In this document: positions 37,901 to 48,400 of the stretch, in pieces
Layout of the letters: the number at the start of each line of letters is the position of its first letter
How positions within the stretch are numbered: the first letter of the stretch is position 1
Assembly: GCA_051362555.1 (NCBI GenBank)
Contig: CM120641.1
Span: 34,726,401 to 34,790,400, forward strand
Origin: Lingula anatina
Taxonomy: Eukaryota; Animalia; Brachiopoda
Direction of reading: 5' to 3'
Length of the DNA stretch: 64,000 bases
Program-made: the position numbers and the translations under genes
Notes under the pieces: model-generated
What the model saw: the letters and a program-made list of their open reading frames with translations, nothing else
Database searches by the model: none
Told to the model about the DNA's origin: nothing

Positions 37901-40615
37901 ACATTATTATCATTGGTATATTGTAACTTTTCAATGTATATACTTTTCATAGTGATGCTTATACCAAAACTTGCAATGTATATATCTGAATGGCGCTTAT
38001 AGCAGTGTTATTGCTATTCCATCCGTTAATGTTCACAATTTTAAGGTGTCAACATTGTTGTTATAAGTTGTAAATACTTTGGTGTATATAATTTACATAG
38101 AAAAGCTTACATGACTGTTATTTAAACTTTTAATCTATATAATGTAATACAAGTATATATTTCAATGGCAATTACAACATTGTAAGAAAAATGTCATATA
38201 AATATTCCATTTTTCTTGTTTGGGAAAAGGAGGAATATGTCAGGAACCATAGTGTATAGAAAAAGTGTAATTAGTACTTTTAAAACTTACATTCATGTTG
38301 TTGTATTAACTCAATCAGAGGAAGCCATTGTTTGATAAAATTCAGACAGGGGAAGCCAAGTTGTACAAGTTGTTCAGATAATGCTTCACACCTTGCAGTT
38401 CAAATTTTAATGTCCTTTGTTTCGAAGCCAGTAATCTGTTAAAACTAGATTACAGGGTGTTATTAGGAGTGCCCACCAGGAAGAGGGTGGACTTGTGTAT
38501 GAAGTAACCAATCAGTTTCTAAGCTACGTGATGGACAGTTTAACTGATAAAGTTTAGTATAAAGAAATCTGAAAACTGAAATCTAGAGGAGGATGTTGAG
38601 AGAGAAGGAGAGAGAAGTCATACTTGTATCATGTAACTTTTAGTGTAGCAAAATATATTCTGTTGAAGTTACAACATGGAGTCGTTTCATTCTTTTCCGT
38701 GTGGAGAATTTAAGACAAGGAACCTGGGAATCTCTGTAGCAGTATTACAGATAGCGTTATCCAAAGTCGTGAGCCCATTGTACCCAAACCCTGGGTGTAT
38801 TATTATAAAGGGTATTTTATGTAATGTGGGGCCCCGGGATGGTTTAAGGGGGTTCCCCACATGGTGATATCAACACACAAGCCTAGTAAAATCAATACAA
38901 TAATACATGTAGTAGGCCAACAGCTGGATAACGACGGCCCGTCCACGGTAGGTTCAACCATGCGTCGAACTGTAATTTGACGCTGAAAATTATCAATTAA
39001 AAATTCTGTATTAACACATGAATTTTACCTAGAAATATCTCCATTATATTAAATATATGATGAGGTAAGAAACGAAGAAGCCACATAAATGCACTAGCAT
39101 AGTATAACAGTGCAGGTGAATAACAACGGATCATTCACGGAACGGTTCATACACGCGTCTGCTGCGTGTACAATCGGTTAGGAAAATGGTTCAAGCAGAA
39201 CAGACCGTACACGTGACACCGGACTTTTAATGTGCCGTAGCGATTGGATAGATAGATGGTCTTAATACCAACAAACCACATCAACACGCCCCAGTCGTTT
39301 TGAGATCGTTTTCGCTGGGATAAGATAAGAATTAATATTTTGTAATCCAGAGGATCGCCGTCAAATGTTGATCAATGTACTCGTTTGAAAACCTAATACC
39401 GGGGAAGTAACTAGAGGCTGACTGTTGATAAAATGCGTCTAGGTCACCTTAGATTGTTGGTTATGGTAATAATGACATTCCTCGCCGGTCTTTCCTTAAT
39501 ACATGTCGATTATATCTTTCGGGTTCATGGTTTGAAAACATTCATATAACACTTTTTGATAAAAAAAATCTGCATCATGTTAATTACTGGTTTGTTTTCA
39601 AAATGGACATCTGCGTTTTTTAATCCCCTATATCGGCATAACTATAAGCAACTGGTCCCTGAAGACAGCTTGCATTTGGAGTTGTCGTCACATTATCGCT
39701 GTCGACTTTTCGTTTTTACGTTGGGAAGTGGCTATGACCAGCCATTGTCCCAATCTGTCTCAAAATTAATCAAGTAGAGTTATATTGAGTAGATAATAGA
39801 AAATAGGACGTCTTCGTAAATACATGAAGTTAGGAATGAACAGATATGAATATAGATGATTAAACACGTTTTATTAAGAATAATTCAACAGATCGTAATA
39901 TTCACGAATGCAAACGAGTCCATCAGACAAAGGCATTAGAACAGGCTTTTTCAGTCTCCCTATTCAAATCAATTAAGTATGCAAAATATCTACACACAAT
40001 ACATTTGTACATACAATTCGATCAAAGCCTACGGGGGTTAAACATGTCTTATAAAGCAACAAATTGAAAACAATACAATTAATTGAATACAGTTAAAACG
40101 TAATGTTGATCGCCATAGCTTTATATCAAACTAATCAAGAATCGGATCTTGACTAATAAACAAGTAAAAGGAAGTGAATTTGTATCAAAATTGTACAAGT
40201 TCTGTGATAAGCAATATAATATAAAATGGCAATGTAAAATGATATCGAAAAAACACCGAAATTAGAGATTGATTAAGAAACCGACATTGGTTGCAATGAA
40301 TTTCAACATGGACGAGCGAAAGCTTAAATAAAGCAATTGTTTTGATAATGCTTATTTCGATTGCAATACTTGAAGCTTAAATTGGACATTTTAGGAAACC
40401 ACCAATCTTGATCAAATAAGCTTTAAAGGAGAATTTCACTCATATGATGTACGATTATTATCTTCAAGTTGAATCTCAATCTGTGACTTGCAAATGGACT
40501 GTTTTGATAGTATATAGCCAAATATAAGTTGCGTTTTGCAATACGCACTGCAAGATTAATGGAAATATTAAATACATCTATAAGAAAAAAAAAAGAAAAT
40601 GAAAAAATTAGTTAC

Positions 40616-42379
40616 TCAGGAAAATAAAATCAGTATTGTCAATAGTTTCAAATTAGACTTCAGGATTGCCTTTCCCCAACAAAACAACGCCTTACTCCAA
40701 CACCACACTTTGTTTTCTTCGATTCCATTGTCGTTATTGTTGTTGTCAGATGATCTGCCTTGAGCTTTCTTTCTGGCAGATAAAACTTCGTCGCACCGTG
40801 CTTTCATTTGACGCCTAAATTTGGATACCAAATCCTTCTTCAAGAACCCGGACGCAGTCATTGGACATTTGGCTATATAGTCTGGTACCTTTCGCGCATG
40901 CCCCAAAAGAAAGGCATAATATACCGTAATCAAGTCTGCCTTTGCTTGGGCCAGTTTCTCTGTCGGAAAGATATAACCTTTTGTGCTCTCCTCAAATTTA
41001 TTTAATAAAACCCTGGAATTTTCTGGGATGTTCTCCCGCGTCCTCTTTCCAAAACGACTCATTTCGCTCGCACCCTCCATGTCGCAAAACACATTGAGTA
41101 CCTGGAAAATGAGATTTTCAGAAGCAGACGACCCAATGTCTGAGTCTAATCCCCATGCAATCATTCCCTGGATGTGTGGCGCAAAGACCTTTCTTGAAAT
41201 AAAACCGTCGTGCATCTTTGTGTTGACCTGTCTTATAACTGCCACGAGGTGTCCTTTTGCAAGATACACCTTTTCGATCATTTGCTGTTCGACGTCATTC
41301 CTGTTGTCTGAAGTCGTGAAGGTTTGAAGCAAATCCAAGTACTCTCCGAGAGAACTGAGGACGTGAGGGGCTTCACACTCGGCTTTTGCCATCAGCAGCT
41401 TGAAGTTATTTTCCTGGTTCGCTTTTGCTGGGTCATAATTCCAATTAAACTTCATACCTACTGGCGATCCATTTTCGTCATAAATAGCGTTGCATGCCAT
41501 CAGTGAAAAGTGGTTGCCACGATATGGAAGCCCGAAATAATCATTTACCTTTTTTTCATGAAATTGGTAGAAAACAAAATCTTATTGAAAATTTCTGTAT
41601 AAAATAACACAAAAAATAACCAAATCGAGACATGAAGCAATGGACAAATAAATATGCTCTATTAGGCTACTCGTGTTGCTCTGCCAGTAAAAGAAGAACT
41701 GGGTGAGAATTTCATAAAATGTCATATTTTTTAAAATAACATATAATGTTAATGATTATTATAGGTTGCTATACGCAGACTAATTATCGCGTGTAATGTA
41801 ATGTCCCTTTCATTAGATGTGTGTAATACCTTTTTAAAAGGGTCCCAGAGGCAGTCCGGGAATTCGAGAGTGCTTCTTTCCCGTTCCAGGCTCGTGGTTG
41901 GTACTGTGCCCCAGCGATAGGCGTGTGCCAGGTAGCTCAGACAGGCCAGGTAGCCCGCCAACACTGGGATACACTCCCTGTCAATCAGAGACGTGATGGC
42001 AACGTCAACTTTGAACAAATCGACCTGAAAAAATATATAACTGGATAAACAATAATGAGAAAGAATGAAAGAAATAAAAAAGAAAGAAATAGAAATAGAG
42101 ATACAAATAAAAGAAGGATGACAAGACATAAAAATCCTAATTATCTTGAATAAAAAATCATGAAGAACATAAAAGAGATTTTTCTGTTGTGCGTATGTTA
42201 ATGTTAAAAAGAACGGTTTGAAAATCAAACGTAATTTTTACCGTTTGTATATCGAACAATAAGAACGATTATCCACTCATGATAAATAGGCATATTTTGA
42301 CACCGTTTTAAGCGAGTGTGTGCGCGCGCGCGCGTGTGTGTGTGTGTGTGTGCGTGCGTGTTTGTGTGTGTTTACGTGC

Positions 42380-42419
<40 letters not shown>

Positions 42420-42692
42420 GAGAGAAAGTGTGATTCGCAAACTTAGCTTTGAATTTAGACAAATTACACTTATGATACTGACCCTGTCAAGTTTCTCTGT
42501 CATCCATTCCCTGAACTTCTCCGAACTGTTGAGCGTGTATAACTTCTCAGGCATTTCAAGGCAGACATCTTGGTAGGTTTGAAAACATGTAGGCCAGTCG
42601 TGAAAAACTGGCCGAGGAGGGTAACCTCCACCAAATTTATCGAAAAATGTCGGGAGGTACGCGCTGTAAGCACATTTATGCTGTGTCGCCAT
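40616..42692 (-). CDS. Divergent IDO/PrnB-superfamily heme enzyme, copy 2; exons 42692-42483, 42024-41830, 41548-40616; ~445 aa
   Basis: Same first two exon sizes (210, 195 nt) and phases as copy 1, open frame, and the same motifs (LAHAYRWG, GSSASENLIFQ, GHARKVPDYI). An upstream non-coding exon has a donor CAG|GTAAGC at ~43870 and a TATA-like TATATAAAG at ~43925-43933. Confidence 0.8.
42316..42426. repeat. Compound (GT)/(GC)/(GA) microsatellite in an intron of IDO-like copy 2
   Basis: Visible dinucleotide runs; they cause spurious ORFs at 42277-42576. Confidence 0.95.
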
Positions 42693-43051
42693 TGTCTTTA
42701 CTGAAAAATAAAGCGTTTGAAATTATGTTGGCAACAACCCGTGCTTAAGGAGAACCTTACCGAACAATATGCTCCTCCCAAGACGTAATAATGTGAGAGA
42801 AAACTTATAACTTATGAGAACTTAATATTAAGAATACTCCTTTTTAAAATTCACATCGATGAAATCCAAATTGACAATGAAATAATGTAATTTGAAAACT
42901 CAAATACGTATTGCTATGATTAATAAAACCCCAAACAACGCTTAACGATATACCTTCAAATAAATGCATATACAGCAACTTAAAACCTTGTCTGTCAAAT
43001 GTTAATTTCAAAATATAAATGTCTCTTTAAAATACTTCAATTTACATTTGT

Positions 43052-43113
43052 TTAGGTACATTTGTTTAGGTACGCGGTGTAAGCACTTTTTTGATGTGTC
43101 GCCATTGTTTTTC
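43052..43113 (-). pseudogene. Relict, truncated first coding exon upstream of IDO-like copy 2
   Basis: Acceptor TTTTAG|TGAAAACA followed by an ATG at 43105 encoding MATHQKSAYTAYLNKCT*, versus the intact start MATQHKCAYSAYLP. Confidence 0.75.
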
Positions 43114-43342
43114 ACTAAAATAAAAAGGCATTGAAATTATATTGACACGTTTCCAAGCTTAAAGTGATAACAACGCTTTGAATGGCATCCATATTTCACA
43201 ATAAATGCATAGTAAACACCCCATAGAGATATAATAAATTCATTTTTAAAAACCAAAACGGCGGTTATCACAATTATACTGGAATCTGTGCTTGCCATTG
43301 GACCTCCATAGACGGCTTCCCTTATCTCTCGAGAGATTATTA

Positions 43343-43394
<52 letters not shown>

Positions 43395-44822
43395 AGGCAC
43401 TAACTTCGAATGAACGGATTCATTAACCATTGCTGAGTATTGAAAAATCTTCGTTTACCCTAGGAAAATCCTTTTTTGCCAAAAATGAACAGTTGTTATC
43501 CTGTTAAGGAATATCCTACGCCACTACAAACAGGTACACTGTAGTTCTGTAATACAGCAAAATATCTTCAACCCTTTGAAGTTATCAGGACTTAACCTTT
43601 GTAAATTCTTTTTAAGTGTTTTTTTATTCATATCGATCATTGATTACAACAAAATAACATTGGTTTGAAAGCCCAAATATGCAACATTATGTTTAATAAA
43701 ACATAAAACAAGAACGAACGATATAGGCCCTACCTTTAAAATGCATATGCAATGTTATAAGCAGAATCAAAACCTTGTCTTCTGTACGATAGCTAATGTA
43801 ATAACCCGTAAATATCAAATTTTTATTAAAAAATCAAACCAAATTTCGCTAAAAAATATCTAGCTTACCTGTTTCGAGTCAAGACCTCTTCGACCTGTGA
43901 ATGCAAGATACAGATAAGACCTTGCTTTATATAGTTTCACCACAATACTGTTGCGTGACCATAACCTACTGACCAATTTGTAAAATGCACGAATTGCGAA
44001 ACCAGAAAACTGGGCCACTCCCCTGCACAATTATGAAATATGGGGCGGTTTACCCATGTGTGTCGAGTGATTTAATCATCCGCCAAATAAGCTAAAATTT
44101 TAGCATTGAGTGCTATCTGATTGAAACGGCGCCTTATGAGGTCGTGCAAAACTAAAAAAAAAAAATCACTCACAGATGTTTTGTTTTCGTTCAGGAACTG
44201 TCCAGTGTAGATCAGTCACAAGGTGTGACAAGGACTTTCCGCTGATTACGTTACATTACTACTCGATTATTATAATGAGGATACACGTGTCTTCATAACC
44301 CTTAGCGCCACCTTTGTCTACGCTTGCCGTAGTACACATTATAATTGGTATATTGTATCCTTGGTTTACCCTACCCAGCACACTGCACACAGTAGCCTGC
44401 ACTGTATAGTAAGGAAAGCGTATATGAGCCACGTCGGCGATGCATGCATTTTTTGTAATATTTGCATTACCACTTCTTAGTTACTGTTGATTTCTTGTCG
44501 TATTGGATTGCTCTATGATAAACAGCAAAAATAATCGGGCAAGTCAAAAATTATGCCAATGTGTTCTTCATGATCTATGCTTACTTTTTCTGTGGAATTA
44601 CCCTCGTATCATTACGGGTAGGCCTATGCTTTTTATTCGGGTGCCCAATTTTAACCCTCCCCCTTCCCACTAGTAGTTTTTTTATTTAATCTCGAGAAAA
44701 GCCGCCACAGAAATTGATTTTATTATTATTATTATTATTTTCTTTTTTGGGGGGTGGGGGGGGGGGGGTGGGGGTGGGTGGTTCGCACAATTTGATCGAG
44801 TGCTACTTGCGTGCACCCTTAG

Positions 44823-44869
<47 letters not shown>

Positions 44870-44870
44870 A
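44823..44870. repeat. (TAAA)n microsatellite
   Basis: About 12 perfect TAAA units. Confidence 0.95.
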
Positions 44871-45450
44871 TTAAAAAAAAAAACAATGTCTCAGCTGAAC
44901 ACATTTACAACACTTCTGTTTGTATCAAGTCACAAAAGATTCGGTATAGTTCTATTATGAAAGATAACATTGTACATATGCCCCGATCTAAATACAAACT
45001 CCAGGTAAAATAGTTCTAAGTTTTTGCATTCAAATGATGGAACAATTGGCTGTCAGATTGTTTAAAAAAGTAAATAGGGCTTACATAAGATGTTTTTTTT
45101 AAATTGCTTAAGAAGGCAAGAAGTGTAAATTTGCATGTGCAAACATGGGATGTTTTTATTGGCCATATGGAATATGTTCTAATCACTTTTCCTTTATCTC
45201 TTATTGTTTATAACTTATATAAAGTGTTAAATGTTTATCTATTTTATCATCATTATCTTTCAAATCCGCCCAAAGCTCAGTAGAGTTTGAGTTTTATAGT
45301 GTGTGCTATATAACGAAAAATTAAGTTGACTTATGATTTGTATTTCGCGTCCAAGTCTCAAGGTAAAAAAAATGCTCTGTGGTGGGGGGAAACCACCTCG
45401 CGCATGCGCACAACATTAAAAAGAAAGTTCGCTATCAGGAGCAACTGCTC

Positions 45451-48400
45451 ATGGACGGCGGGGACGTAACCGTGTTCGCTGGCATTCTTTCTGTCAGCCT
45501 TGCTAAATATGTCTTTGCATGGTGGGCCCAACGCAGTTCTCAGAACTTCAAGCTAGTTGGAAGAGTTTCTGGTTTGTACCTTCACCCAGTTAAGTCCTGT
45601 AAAGGGATTGACTTGCTCGGTGCAGAATGCACAAAGTTGGGCCTGAAGGTCGGCGATGTTGGGGACAGGTAAAGTAAATAAGCCCGATACGGCAAAATAA
45701 CCTAGATCCTTAGTATGTAAATAAAGCCATGTTGTCCATAGGCAATTGACAGTAGTAATAGACTGCGGTAAAGGTTTAACAGTGAGTTTGTTGGGGTGGG
45801 GTGGGGCGGGGGCTTGGATGAGAATCTTTTCGAAAGGGGGATTTTTATATAAACGGACCCGTAGACTACTAGTAGGCCCTACCGTTTAGCATTTAGCGGG
45901 GATGTCACAAGAACAGTTATTTTAACGTTTGTGTACAACTTGGGACGATCCTCTAGATCTCCATAAATCAGCATTTTTAAAGAATTCATAACATGCTACA
46001 AAAATGTATAGTTTTGCCATTTTTATCAGGCTGATGCATCTAAAATACTTCTACATGCAACATATGTTTAGGATTGATTTGCAAGATAAATGAGGGAACA
46101 TATCGAATAGTATTCTAAGAACAGTTTTTCACTTGAAGGATCATAAACAGACAATCTGTATGCAGGCCAGTTATTCTTATTAAGATTTGTGTTTCCAAAA
46201 CTTTAGTAAAAAAACTGTTCAAACTGATTGCCAAAAGCATGAATATAAAAATTTGGATACAGCTGGATTAAATTAAAATGTAACAGAATTTGTGAAGTTC
46301 TTTTTGGGTAAGTATAGAGCAATTTTTTTTCTAAACGCTGCGCTTGATGTAATATTTACATTGCACCTTAATGAGCTGATATTGCTTGTAAAGCATTTCA
46401 TTCCCCGTCCCACATCAGTTATTTGTTTGAGAACTCCATGCATGTAAGAAAACATCAGCAATGAGATCAAAGAAGGAGAAACAAACACACTTTAACATCA
46501 AAATTCAAAATCAATAATAGAAGAACAAACATCTCAAGAAGCAAGTGTACTAGTAGGTAGAGATTTGGCACTACAAGTAAAATTTATTAAACAGCTCAGA
46601 AGTATATTATTTACTTAACAGTGGAGAAAAAACTGATTATAAATACCAAATGGAATTTTCATTATTTCTCTTTTTCTTAGGCAGTGGATGGTAATCAGAA
46701 AGGATGAGACGTTTGTCAGCATAAGAGAGGAACCATCTATGGTCTTTATAGAGGTCAGCATCCAGGGCGATTGTTTGCATCTTGATGCTCCGGGAATGGA
46801 GACACTGAAAGTGCCTGTTCATATGCCATTGAATACCACAGACATCAGGAACTGCATGTAATTATGAAATCTGTATGGAATCAACCATAAATCAGCACGA
46901 TTTAAGATGATCTTGAATGACCATTTTTGAATTAAGGAGTGGGAATAGGGTGCAATAGACAAAAACAAAATGTTATTTTTGCCAAATTATTTGTATTATA
47001 ATTTTTGAAATACCATTATTGTACCACCAGCGTTAGCGCTGGCGGTACACATGGTTTCGGTCTCGTCCGGATCGTTCCGCCGGCTCCGCCGGCTCCGCCG
47101 GTTCCGCCGGCTCCGCCGGCTCCGCCGGACGGCTACCGTTACCGCTTCTCCTCCTAGACGGTAAGGCCCCCCATACCCATCTCATGGATTTAGGTCACCT
47201 ATAATCTCAACTCGTTCCACGTAAAATTTGGGCTTTGTCGGTATTGGGGTCTGGGTGTGGCACTCATTGCAATGCACCCTTGTCTAAAAATGGCAAAATT
47301 AAATGCTAATTATCTACCCTACGGAAGGAGTTATGGGAAAAATTTCTATAGACGGCTTTCCAAAAGTCATATGTGTAGATTTCAAATATACCCTTGGATT
47401 TGACCTTTGACCTTTACTTCAAGGTCAAATGGGCCAAAATTTTCAAAAAAATGAAATTTTTTACGAAAAAAAAATTTTTTGCCCTGTTATTCAGACACCA
47501 CACAGACTTAACCAATAATATTATTGGAAAGTGTTACCCTTCAGGTCATCTTTCATCTCCATGAATTTAGGGTCAATCGGTGCATTTTCACGGGAGTAGC
47601 GGCCATGAGATACCGAAACTGAAAACTGTCTCTAATTCGGGAACCGTTAATGCTAGAGACCCATTCTTTTTTGCATTTTGTAGAGCATGTAAAGCCCAAC
47701 ACTGTAGGTGGTCTCGGTTTTTTTGTATATCATACGGTTTTCGAGTTACGCTGTATCAAAAAGTACATATTGGTGGTAAAAGCAAAATGTGCAGTACGGT
47801 AATGGATAATAAATTTTGAACTCTGGAAAAATAAAACATTAGGCTTGGCAAAGCAGACAACTTGTGTTCAAAAATGACATAATTTCATCAAATTTGAACT
47901 TCTGAAACTTCAGAGCACCTCCTATTTCAAGAATTTTGACCAAAATGACATTTTCTTTATTTTAATTAATTTTTTCTGTACGAAATTTAAGGCACATTAT
48001 GGTAACTCCAAAATTATAGCATTTAGTCCCTTATATCTCCAAAACTGGCAGAGATAGGTCTATAGTTACTATTGAAGTTGGATAGGAAGTCATATACTGG
48101 CAATCTATATGTGACCTTAAAATTGACCTTTGACCTACTTTTCACCATGAACTGAACTTTGCAAATTTTTCTTCCCTTTTATCTCCAAAACTGGCAGAGA
48201 TAGGCCCATAGTTACTATTGAACTTGAATAGGAAGTCATATACTGGCAATCTATATGTGACCTTAAAATTGACCTTTGACCTACTTTTCACCATAAACTG
48301 AACTTTGCAAATTTTGCTTTCCTTTTATCTCCAAAACTGGCTGAGATAGGTCCGTAGTTACTATTGAACTTGAATAGGAAGTCATATACTGGCAATCTAA

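Larger units (their letters stand above)
31386..38861 (+). mobile_element. Non-autonomous LTR retrotransposon with 624-bp LTRs and 4-bp TSD TGGT
   Basis: The 5' LTR is 31386-31425 plus 34985-35568 (split by an insertion); the 3' LTR is 38238-38861. Both are TG..CA and look identical. PBS-like TGGTGTAG at 35571; PPT GGGAAAAGGAGGAATA at 38222-38237; TSD at 31382-31385 and 38862-38865. The 2.67-kb interior has no gag/pol ORF. Confidence 0.93.

Noticed and set aside
35383-38867. ORFs MESFHSFPCGEF... at 35383 and 38676
   Set aside because: They lie within the two LTR copies and diverge exactly at the LTR end; no gag similarity.
31027-39221. CCGGTGT...ACACCGG as ends of a larger DNA element hosting the LTR insertion
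   Set aside because: Only ~7 bp match plus weak internal similarity; not enough support.
28980-41327. ORFs 28980-29366(-) and 40983-41327(+)
   Set aside because: Antisense shadows of the IDO-like exon 3 in each copy.
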